64,000 nt of DNA from Phoronis australis (lineage: Eukaryota > Animalia > Phoronida). Below are positions 24,435-36,900 of the stretch, piece by piece (within the stretch, counting starts at the first letter, position 1; each line of letters starts with the position of its first letter). Both the position numbers and the translations under genes were made by a program. The notes under the pieces were generated by a model. The model searched no databases, was not told the DNA's origin, and saw nothing but the letters and a program-made list of their open reading frames with translations. The stretch covers positions 2,128,809 through 2,192,808 of the forward strand of contig NMRA01000008.1 in NCBI GenBank assembly GCA_002633005.1, in the 5' to 3' direction.

Positions 24435-27400
24435 TCATAAATAGATGAGTTTGGCATCAGCAGGGGACTGTTCCATTGGACAGTAAGGACATTTAACTCT
24501 GGAATAAAAATCATAGGAATACAAATACGAAGGTTTGAGATTAGAGAATGAAAGAACAAAATCAAATTTAAAGACATTCAATTTTAACTTAATTTGTATT
24601 ACTGGAGAATATATATATAAGTATATTTTTACATTTTATTTAAATTTTATTAAAAAAGGAAGCATTATTCAAAACTACACTTCGCCCTGTATAACTGGCT
24701 AAAAAGGAAAATTGAAATTAGTCATTTTATTCTCATATAATCAATCTCATAATATTCTTTACCGTGACAGGATTCTATCTCTGTTTCCAACTCAAGTCAC
24801 AGACAACGTGTACACGTGATATTTTTGACTTCTCAATTTTAAGAATAGGCAACCCCAATAAACTCTGAACCACTTTCTTGAGTGGCAGATTATTAGAATG
24901 TTCTTGTTGGCCTAGCGTGTAAAACAAAACCTGCTTACGTTATTCCAAACTTCTATTGTGCTTTTTTACTACACATGAAGCCTTACTTGTTTCCACTGGC
25001 CAGCTTGCCAAGAGCATCCTTTGAAATAACGTGCCCACACACCAAACGTACAGGGGGGTTGTTGTCTGTTGCCTGCTGTCGCAGAATAGGACAGGCAAAG
25101 ATAGAGTGATAGCGGCAGTCATGTCCTAGGTCAATCTCCACCTAGAGGCAGAAATGTGTATTACTTGTAAACAGTTTTTCATAAGCAGGAACAGTATGAA
25201 GTTGCAGTAGTGATAGAATGATATCTCACATGTAAAGACAGTATGAATATTTGACAACTATGGAGACAAGAGAAAAATTAGAAAATACATAACTCACAAT
25301 TTGCAGTTTGTGAATAATAGGAGAGGAAGATATAAGGTGGGGGGGGGGGAGGGCTGCAAGCCCAGGGAGCCAAGTTCCCCTCCAGTCACAATAAAAAAAC
25401 GACACACCATTTTAGGGAAGTTATGAAGGTCTGTACTTCGTAGACACCCTCACTCCATGATATCTTAAATCTGTGGTGAATACAAAATAAACTCCACAAA
25501 ATTTCTCATAGTGCTCATAATAAAAAAGGAAGGCTTTAACTGGTAATGCATTTGCGCTAAGAGCAACCTTTTCCCAATTTCCTTCGCAGTCTTGTCAACA
25601 GTAAATCACACCACTACGTAGCACATAGTAATGGTTTAAGTACACCAGAACAAAAGGCAGTCTTGCGGCGACATCACCACATACTTACCGGTAGTTCGTC
25701 CTTTGCGTTCCACACTCCACTGACCTGTCTCTGTTGCATCACCTGCTTAATGTTGAGCAGAGGCGGCAGGGCAGCACATCCAGCGTGAACACTATACAAC
25801 AACAAAGAATGGCAACACTTGAAATCTCACCAATTTTGGACATAATAAGTGAAATTTTTAACTTTTTCATAAAAGATGAGTAGCACCAAATAAATGCTAC
25901 ATCAAATTTAAAGCCACAGGTCACTCACTGTTCATGAAACAGATCCTAGGGCCCAGTTGCATAAAACTCTAATCAGAACTTAACCACTGAATAAGTTTGA
26001 TTGGTGCATGGCATCAAAAAGCATTATTCAACAATAGCTGTAAAGTGGCATGAGCTAGAGTAAGTGTAACGTAATTTCTGATTCATCTTCTAGCTATTAT
26101 GCAACTGGATATAGGTGAGAATAATATCAAGTACAAAGGGTTCATTTTAGAAAAATACAGTAGCCTCATCAATCGATTAATTGGACCTTTCTTGTCAATT
26201 GCAAAGGCTTTTAACATTGCTGTTAATGCCCGAAATTTCCCAAAAACTTGTCGGATGGTGATTATGGTCTATAACTTAAAAACGGTCGGCATTAATTTTG
26301 CACCACTATCTTTCGTTTTGGAAAAAACCGAAAAGATCAATTTTAAATGAAAATTGAAACTTGTCCGTCATCACATTGTGTCTAAAAATCTCGAAGTGCC
26401 ACCAAAGATTTTAATGCAGCAACAGCAGATTGATTCCAAAAATGACTACTGCAACCCATCGAGAATAGTATCTGTAAATTTTTGAAACCAGTGTAATTCT
26501 GAAGGAGACCTTAGGTAGACAATGCCGGTGAGTATCACTCTTAATGCTCTCAAGTGGGTAAAACACACTTACAGGAGTCCTGCACTTTGAGAACCAGTTT
26601 CCTCCACTGAACAACAGGCATCAAACTGGTTCTCAAAATACCTGAACACTGTAAGTGACCATTGCCCTCAAAGGGTTTAGGGCACCTCATCCGAGCAATT
26701 TTGAGAATTTTGAAGCCATTAGGTGAATTGTGATTAATGTCATAAAGTATGACTTAAAAATAGATCTGCTGTAAAGTTAACAACTAGTTCATGTTTTTTT
26801 ATTCTACAAACTCTTTGTTTTATGTCAGGACTTGAGGCAATCCAAAAGAATAAACGCAAATGAACGAGAGACTGTCAACTATGTGCACCCGTAATAACAC
26901 ATTGATGCCTTACCAGATCAGGTAACTACTGAGTGATTGTTTTGCATCATACCTTTTTCACACTGAATTATTTCATAAACCGCTAAGCCAAGTAAATTGT
27001 ATACCAACCTGACACTGAGAGGACTTTCAACAGAGAGACCCATCAGCGCACAGGCATCCCGTGTGAATATCTCACAAATTTCGTCCCACAATTCAGGATC
27101 CAAAAGGTGCTGGTATGGCGAATTTTGAATCCCATTTCTCAGGAATAGCAAACTTCCCATTAAAACCTGAAGATCTAAAAATAAAGAGAAAAATTTAAAC
27201 ACACACCCCAAAACTCATGCTGGAAAATGCAAGAAAAATTACATCTGGTTACTTCTATTTAAACAGAATTACATTAAAGATATCACAAATTGGCTTGTTT
27301 CTTTTAGCATGGTTTCACTGTTTTCATTTCGGAAATGATTATTCCTATTTCAATGCTATTATCGCTCAAATATATCCAACATTTGAAAAAGTTAAAATTC

Positions 27401-30400
27401 AACAGCACTATTACATCCCCACATCTCCACTTCACATTATAATTTGCTCATTATCATAATCTATGTAAGCGAATAAGAGACACCACATGCTGACAATCTG
27501 AAAACGGATACTTTGATGTGGAAAACATGTGATAACATTGAACCCTTGAGGTGGATTATCACAGGAATAATACATAATGATAATCACAAACATTTTTAAG
27601 TCTGGTCTGCACGCCACCTGTTGGTCACATCACGTGACCTAATGAACTATTTCTGAAAAATAATTAAATGTCACTTGAGCAAAAGTGCAAAGTGTCTGAG
27701 AATATACACATAACCGCGAGGTTTATTCAACAATTGTAAAATTCCTGTCTCAAGTCTTAAGTCACTTTCATGAAACAGATCCCAGATGCTATCGTTTGGT
27801 CTAACAGTCATATTACTGATACAACACTAAATACAGTTGTAAGAAATGAGGTCACCTTTAAATAGGTTGGAGAGAAACTGGCCAGTATCTGAAACAGCAC
27901 TATATATAGCTTTAACAAATGGGGTCACCTTTAATTTAGGTTGGTGAGAAACTGGCCAACTGAAACAACACTACATTATAGCTACCGTATAACAAGTGAG
28001 CTCACCTTTAATGTAGGTAGGTGAGAAACCAGCCAGTAATTGTGCTTGTTGCAAAGCTTCTTGCTGTTTAGTGCGACCGATGGAGACCAGTTCGATGAAT
28101 CGCAGCTTGTGTAACTTAAACTCCAGAGAGCTGTTAATGGTTGCCAAATCTTCTCTGTGTTGGCTGGTCCATCTAGTATTATGACAAACACTTTTGTTAT
28201 TTTCACTTTCATTAACTCCCGTTGAGTTCTGCATTTGACAACACTTTACTCAAAGCTGCCTTGGACAAAATTCCCCTCCTCACCATGGCAACTTATTGCT
28301 CGCCACGAGATATTCTAATGATGAGTACCTTGCACTTAGTTGTGGGGAATTTTGTGTGCAATAGGTAACAAGTGCGTTTTGCCTATCCCTTCTACCGGTA
28401 ATGGTCTGATATAATGTGTCTGAATTTTGAGAACCAGTTTTCCCCACAAAACAACGGGCATCAAACTGGTTCTCAAAATACGGGCATGTTATATCAGATT
28501 ATTGCCCCTTCTACCACCAGATGTTTGTATTTAGAGATTACAACTATTATCACGAACACAGATAACACGATATTTGATGCACAAATGACATCTACCATAA
28601 GTGTCACTTATGAATAATATTTGTGAAAAAAGTAGTGATGTGTTACGGATTCAGTCTATGACACACTTTTCTACTGACCTGAGTGCTGGGTCCAAATCCC
28701 GTTGCTTCAATGATTCTAGAATTCTGTGCAACTCTAAAAATGGTTCCTTTTTGTCTTCAGCAATTTCTAGTTTTGCATCCTAAAATGGTTTGTGTTTTGT
28801 ACATTAATAAATACATGAAATCAGAACTAAAATATAAAGCCCTTTCACACTAACTGTGAGCAGAGCATCGATGTAAACTGCGAAGTTATATTGAACCGTT
28901 CATACCAGCTTCGGCATCAAAGTAAATGATAGGTGGTGCTGGCATCATAGAATTAATTTGCAAGGTGGCGCTGATGCATCCTGTGCATGCTAAGATTTTT
29001 TAATGTGGGAATTTGAGAACATTTACGTGTGATAATTGACATTAAACTTATTTCTAATTCAATAAATGATTATTTGAGGAAAATATATTAAGCAACTACT
29101 AGCGACGACTCTGCCTGCTAGTTTTTGATGATAGCAGTGGCCCCTTCGATGAGACTGAAGTTGACCGTTCATACGACACCGCAGCGTTGACGCTCTGCTG
29201 TTAAATCCACCTGTTTACTGCGAAGTTAACCATTCATACTGACTGCAACTCCCCAAAACACTGACAAATCGATGTTAGTATGAAAGAGCCTATACGCTTT
29301 TTAAGTTTGCTGAATTTCAGTGTCAATGAAAATCATGTCAATTGTACAGTAATTCTTATACAATGCAGACTTGTGAAATTTTATTTTTTCAAATTTATCT
29401 TCGAAAATAATTATTGGGAAAATTCTACTTCATTTTTAGCTTGACTTGTACATTGTAGATGTCAACAAACAATATTTTCTTCAACTATCTGCAGCGAAGT
29501 AATCGATCTTTGAAAATTTGAAAAACGACAGTTATGTCAATTATTTTTTTGCAAAATAAGAGAAAAACTACCACTACATTAGACCACTAATGACTGATTA
29601 TGAGGTACAGGTGTTGCTAATTACAATCTAGTTCACTAAATGACAAATCTCTTCACACAAAATGCCTAAACTAACAACCCAACAAGCTTTAAATAGTTTT
29701 TATGAACTTCGAATGATCCCCACTGTGAAGCAGAGAACTTCCTCAGTTTGGATTTCATAAGGGGGACCGGTGGAAAGTGCGTCCACATTAAACCGAGTGA
29801 TGGTGCATCAAAGCCTTGCAAACGTCTCTCATTAATAATGCACAAAACTTTTACAATATGGCTAAAGCCGCAGGAACAACAGCTGCCATTGTACATCAAG
29901 GGAAATTCATTATCGTAGAAAGCAGGGGTGACCTATTTATAGCAAGGAACGCATTCAGTATAGCTGGGACTTTGCAAGTTTGCAGATGTCATGAAGTAAA
30001 GTTAGCATTTTCAAGATGCTCTTAGTACGCAGATGCCTTTACTAAGTAAACGTATTCTAAAAACATGATGGCCGCCATTGGCATAACTGGTTGGGGGTGC
30101 TACTGGCCACCGTTGTTTTCACACCCAAGGCTATGCCATCAACCATTACTGAAAAATGGTGGGATGGCTGCACAAAATTTTTACACAAAAGAGCAACTAG
30201 AGCACAAAAAAGACAACGGAATATATTGCTGCAGATATACCGGGAATCGTAATCTTTGTAAGTGTGCTTCAGGTTACAGCACAGTTCACAATAAGTCATC
30301 TCACCGTGATCAACTGTTCAGCAATGTCCATCATTCCATGGCGTAGAAAGTGTTCTGCCACGACTTCGTTAAGTAAAATACCGTGAGTATCTGCGCTTAG

Positions 30401-31824
30401 TACATTATCATTGACGACCGAGCTGAAGTCTGATACAAAGTTCTGAAAAAGTCACAAGAAAACGCATTGCAGTTAGAACCGATAACCACAGCAAACACTG
30501 CAGAATGTTTTGAGGTCAACTATAGCTAATGTTAGATGTTTGCACAAGGATAGCTCAATAACTGGATCGACTACTTAGTCAAGGCATTAAAAATAAATCA
30601 GAACCATAAAGTTTTGGGCAAAAAACGATGTGTTCGAAACACAGTGTTGGAAGAGGTAAAGACAGCAAACTCTGGCTAATTCCAACACCATGTTGACTAC
30701 TATAAATTTTACAATTCTGAGTGAATGTAGCAAACTTCGCACCCTTCAGTTGACACTCAAGGTTTTATACCCAATGCTATAAATCAGAGATGGGGACACA
30801 CTCCCGTTCAGTTCCGTAAAGTCTGGCCATTTTTGGACAGAAATAATTGCCAAAATTGCCAATGACCTACTCTTTTAGCAAATTACAAGGTAAATGTGAG
30901 AAAAGACCGCCCACTAAGCAACATAATGTCCAATCTGTGAGATAGCGATTACGAGCTTTTAAATGATTCTTGCCTTTAACTTGGAAGATTGACACCCATG
31001 ATGCATTAGCAGGTGACAGAACAAGGATTGGTGGAAATCATCAAAACAGAATTTAGTATCCTTTTAAGCATTATTTTGGTATGAAAAAATAAGAACAAGA
31101 AAACGTCACTATTCTGTCAAAACGTATGCTAAATTTTGTGAAATTCTACTGCATCGCATTGGGGGATAAAGTCCTCTAATATTTGCTAAGATACACAAGT
31201 TGTTGCTTACTCTGTCAATTGCTTTGCCCACTTTGGAGACTGTACTGTGGAGGTCTTTGTGTTCCGAACTAATCTGGTTGACTGTGTCCTTGATCTTCTT
31301 TATACTCTGAGTCAGAATGAGATTCTGTGTGGGAGTAAGCTCTTGATCTGAAGGAAAGAAATGGCAGCTCTTCAAACAAAAAAGGAAGGAAACATTTAAA
31401 ATACAAACAAGAATCCCTTGTCTTGTCAACATAATTAACACATAGCGACAGTGTCAGGACATGTACACGGTAAAATAGCAACATGGTAATTTTGAGAAAA
31501 TGAGAACCATTATGCCGTTCATCTGAAACACAACGCATCCGTAATTCCCGCTGCTCACGTAAAACAGTTGGAAGAGAAAAGTACAATGAGTCAGTGTGGT
31601 CGCTGAGAGTCTCGAGTCCGAGACTGGCTGGGGAACAAGTTACGGCAACGGTCACTTTTAATGCAGGACTGGGCCTTCAATTACAAACCTTCAGAGAGAG
31701 AATTACGTATTTCCGAAGTACTTTGCATTAAACAGTCAAGTGTCCTAAGCGTATGTTCATTTAAACCTCCAAATTTCGCCAAAACTTTATCAACTTCTTT
31801 TTCCACAGCTGTACAAGAATCCAT
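24435..31824 (-). CDS. RMND5A: E3 ubiquitin ligase RMND5/GID2 (CTLH complex), about 388 aa. Exons 31824-31689, 31347-31211, 30442-30305, 28779-28679, 28172-28006, 27174-27009, 25791-25689, 25141-24987, 24498-24435
   Basis: [18 protein letters not shown]; [19 protein letters not shown]; Lis[22 protein letters not shown]; [19 protein letters not shown] and [20 protein letters not shown]; degenerate [16 protein letters not shown]...[12 protein letters not shown]...VKCPYCPME. Phases are consistent. Confidence 0.96.
28397..28506. mobile_element. Mutator-like palindromic MITE with 9-bp TSD; related copies at about 2010-2085, 8547-8646 and 26575-26665
   Basis: TIRs ggtaatggtctgatataa / ttatatcagattattgcc, with CCTTCTACC duplicated at 28388-28396 and 28507-28515. 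Confidence 0.75.
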
Positions 31825-33919
31825 TATTGTTTGTGTGATCACCGGAAATGAAGCGCCCTCATGTGCTCGAAAGATATACTATTTCCTGATTGCAGCACAG
31901 GATTGCAGCAGCAGCAAGATTTTTCCCTGAACACTGATGAAATGTAAGGTGTTTGTGAAAATACGAAAAAGATTATTCCTCATAACTCATGTTTTCGCCA
32001 GATTCCAAATGCTTGATGCACTCAGGCTAACTTCAAGCGCTTAGGTATCACCGTTTGGAGCATTGTCAAACCCCTACTTGACAGTGACCGTTTCTACTGT
32101 GCCCCGGCCTTGTGGCCTTTAACGGTGAAGCTCCTATACTGCTGGCGCTTCATATGCCGGAAGCTTTTTGACGAATTATAACCCACACTGTTTAAAACAT
32201 TAAAGTAATGTTGTTATAAGTACCTTTTGTGCATAGAGGGACACCTTAGGAGGCCCTCGATGTCTTTAATTCCTTCTAACTTGAACAAACTCCCACAGGC
32301 CACACATATGAAGCCATAAAGACCATAATCAGAATAATCAAACTTTTTTCGAGCTGTCAGTTGCGCAAATCGGAACTGCTCATTTTTAACACTTCAAACA
32401 CCAGGAGAAATGAGGCCAGTAGAGATGGTTGTCACTGCCTAGCAGCATCCCTGTCGCCTGTGCTCCAATCCTGTATTAGTTACTAGTCCCCTCACGAGCG
32501 CTCCACTGATCCAGGCCCAGCAGCCCAGTCACTGAAGCTGAGCCTCAGTGTCATACTCACTCTCAGTGTCAGTCGTACTCTCCACAGACCTGGAGAATGT
32601 AAACAATATTGGGGAGGTACAAACTATTTTGCCATCACCAAACTCTTGCCCCTCCCTCCATGATGGTCCTAAATTTCCACATTGCCACGTACCACTTCCA
32701 CCAGCCCTGGTTGTCGCCAATTTCACACACCCTCCTGTCATAGGCCTTAAACTGTTCTGACCTTTCTGTCTGGGGGGACAAACCGAGGGGAGTTAGCCAT
32801 CAGAAGTTTGGGTACACAAATATTTAAAAAATTCACTCGAAAAGAGTTACATGCACTTAGGATATGATTTTGATAGATCTGTAGAATGCCAAAAAGATTT
32901 TACTGCCAAAATCACTCTTTAGGGGGTTATAGCACTTGGTAATGTATGAAACTCCTACCTATATCTTGATAAATTCTGGAGAAATAGCAAATGACCTCAG
33001 AATTGAGTACTAGACAGAACCGCCTCGGAATCTTCGGTTATAGATATATTTGTCCAAATGAAGCCTAAGGTCAAGATTCACTTTATTAGAGTCCAGTTTG
33101 GAAGAACTCACTTTATTAGGGTCATGCTTTGAAGGTTTTCTTTCAAAGGGTGCGGTTCCATGTGTCCCAACACTAGCTGGTTTAGGGGATATCCCAAGTT
33201 TCTGTTGGCTGCCTCAACGGGNGGGGGGGGGGGGGGGGACAAATGCTGTAGAACTGACTGAATTTCATCAACCTCCATCAGATTTAGCCGAAATGCAAAT
33301 TTCTTAGAGGGAATTATTTCTGATTATATCTGTCTTAAGGAAGTGTTGCTTCTCTAGTCCTACTTTTCAGTGTGTTCTGTTCAACTTGCATTCTTACTGA
33401 ACTTGAAATGGCGAGAGATCTCATTAAACCTGAAAATATGTCAATGCCTTTTGTAGTGTGTGAGTCATCCTGGGACTTATTTAGAAATTTTCATGGGGGG
33501 CACTTTTATTTTTAATTTGATGATGTTGCCGTATGTGGTGTCGGCTAAACCCGTATGGCATCAGAAAGATCATTGTAGGCCTAATATCATTCACTTGGAC
33601 ACTAAAGAGGAAAGCAACCTTTTTAATGTTGCGTTTAGTAAAAAATGCAGATTCCTGTCTGCATGTTTATCTTGGAAGTACATTTTTCTGTGTTAATTAC
33701 TGTACCCATAGTGAATATGTACTGTCCATGGAACAATAGAAAATGAAGAAAACAGCCCGACAAGAGCCCCATCTGTGTTCTGCATTCACTTCATTAGAGG
33801 AAACGTGATGTTCTGCTCCGCACTGAATACAGTCTGTGCTGGTCATATGTATTGAAAATTTAAAATTTGCATATCATCTCCTTACAGTCGATGGAAGAGG
33901 TCGTCCTTTTATTTGAGAC

Positions 33920-36900
33920 ATGGGGAAGTCTTTACTTCATATGTGTGTGCAGTGTATTGCGGAAAGCATTGATGACGTGCCTCACTTGAGTAAAAGACTT
34001 GCACCAGCTCACAAGGAACTGATCCTGGAACACTGTATTAACCATGACATGCTGACTGGATCACGCCTCCCTCATATCACATACAATCTGTTGTGTCCAG
34101 CACTAACCCATCTGAACTTGTTCAGAAGTGATCAAGTGACCGACAGTTTCCTACGCTTGTTTGGTCAATGTGGCTCTCAGTTGACTGCGCTGACCGTAGA
34201 GTCGTGTTCAAGTGTTACAGGTAACAAATCTAGTGTTAATAGGATGGTCCCGGATAGAAATCTGCTGTGTCCTGTTGGTATTAAATTGCATTGTTACAGT
34301 GGTCTGGTTTTAAAAATATCAGGCTGATTATAGGAATCTTGTTTCAATATATAGCATCCACGGATACTTTTGAAGTTTATTCTGCATTTTGCTGTCAGAG
34401 TTGAAGCCCCCAGCATTGAAACTTTGCTAACATTGAAAGGCTGAATACAATGAATGCAGTCGAGAAAAACTCGAAAATAGCAAGGCAGCAAGCAACAAAT
34501 AACGTGAGAAACTCCAATGGTTTTGAAAATGTTGCTAGAGAACTGCTTGACGGAAGTTGTGATAAATTCCCGCAAGATTAAAGCACTGTTGTGTAATCCG
34601 AGACCGTCGTGTTGTTCTTGGAAGGTTCATTCAATGTCTTGAACTTTACTTGATTATACTACCTTCAAAAACTATATAAAAACTACAATACAACTTTTCT
34701 GACACTATAGATTTTTGTTCTCCTCTGTGCTAATAACAGGTTATGTTTCAATAACGTCTACAGTATGTACAAGCCAAAAGAATTCAGACAAAATTACCCA
34801 AAATTCTCCATCATGATTTCTAGGCAGAAGCCGATCTCACAGTAGTCTCCCCTCATGACTGATAATGAAAGCAAATTAACGGGAAAGTTATGAAGATGTC
34901 TTATCCTTTCTGCAATTAGAATATACGTGTCATTTTTGCTGTCAACAGGATTAGCTGTCATGACAGGAAGACTGTATTTTGTCTTGTACTGCATCTATTG
35001 GCATCATGGAAATCAGCTGAGGGACTTGTTTCAGAGCAGCTACCTGTACAGGTAGCTGTGTAAAAGAATCAGAACAATGAAGCTGTTGTTCATCTCAGTA
35101 CACATTAAGACCCTCGTTGATAGTAACACTGTGTTGACTTAAGTTATCAGTCTGCTGAAGTTGCTATTTCGTCTTATGTAAAGTTACCACCTTGTGTCAA
35201 GAGCCAAACACTAACTGAATTTTATGTTAATATACTTTGATAACCCTCAGGCTTTTCTTGATGCATTATGGGAACTCCACAACATGTAACTTAGAATGCT
35301 TGTGGGTTGTTTTGATGTGTATTCTTCCTGTATTTCAGACGATGGGTTGGGTGCTTTACTGGGCCACCAGCACGAGCTGATTACATTAGAACTGAAAAAA
35401 TTACCAAATGTCCAAGGACAATGCCTGTCTTCCGTACATTGTCTTCAACTGCAGCGACTTGATCTCACAAGATGTGCGACACTGAAATCTCTAGGTATTT
35501 GGAATGTTTGATTGATTGATATTTTGATTCGGACAGCAAAAATGCCTAACAGTTTCAGCTTTTAGTAGCGATGATGATTAGATGTACACAAGACTAACCA
35601 AGACATGAATATTCTTGTCAGTAAGGTTGAAAGTTTGTTTATTTCTCAAATTCCAATCATTAGGAATGTATTTAATTAATTTCTTGCATGCTCAGATTTT
35701 ATTGTTCCTTCTAAAGAAAGTAGTTTGGGTGCCAAAATGATACATCACTCATCCTACCATTATTATAATTGGGCATATCCTCTTAAAGTTCCATGCAACA
35801 ACATGTTTAAAAACCATTATACGTTTGGTTCATGTTTTAGCATGGAACCTATTGTCTTGGTTTTCCTACACAGAGAGTAGGTATTCCTAATTACAAACTG
35901 TGACAACTGGTGGACCAAGTGAAGTTCATTGATTACTTTACTGGGAAGCTTGGTTGTCACTATCTCGACCTATTAGTGCTGCATGGGTATTTAAAGTTCC
36001 TCCGAATTTTTTACTTAAATGGCTACTAAACCATGTTTTGGAGGTTCTATGCAGAACTGCTTTGAATTCCCTGTCTGTTACTAATGTGTTAATAAGGTTT
36101 TACCTGGAAAGATAATTAAAACCCATTGTTCAGCTGTAACTGAGTATGTATGCACAAAATGGATTCGGTGATTTGACATACCCAACTTGTCCCTTGTCAC
36201 GTTTTTCCCCGTGTGTGGGTGGGCGTAGGTTGTTACAGACCGGTGCTAATAGCTTTCGGTGCGACGATATACTGAAGACTGGTTCGAGTTAATCCTTTAT
36301 TAATCCCGACCGTAGGTTCACAAGACTACTCAAACAAAACGTCTGACGTAATGTCTGTTTATGCTCCAGCCAATGCTGCGAAGCCTTGACTTGTGATGAA
36401 CTTCTGAGACACGTTCAGTAACTGTTACACTCGTCGATTCAATAACCTGCTGTCTCTATAGCTGGCTCTTTATTGACTATCGCTGTAACTGCTGATTCTC
36501 TTCACTGCGACTCAACTGTAACTCTCCTGATTAACTTTCTTGAACTGACTTGATCTGACTTGGTCTCCCGACTTGATCTCCTGATGAACTGTTGACTTGA
36601 TCTGACTTGATCTGACTTGATCTCCCGACTTGATCTGACTAACACAAACCCGTGCTAGTGTATTTATAACCTAATGCATTGTTCTGGAACTTTACATCAA
36701 TTCAAGCACATTGTAGAACTTTCCTGAATCTACACAATCATTCTACAAACATATACTAGTCTCTAGAATATTCCAGACTGCATTAATCACTGTCATGCTA
36801 GAGTCTTCTAGAAAGTTCCACACTATACTGTAGTAAACAAATTACATCATCACTGCTCTGACCTCAGTCTTCTAGAAAGTTCCACACTATTTTGTAGTAA

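Noticed and set aside
29666-30346. Short ORFs in an RMND5 intron
   Set aside because: No identifiable homology, and the RMND5 model is complete without them.
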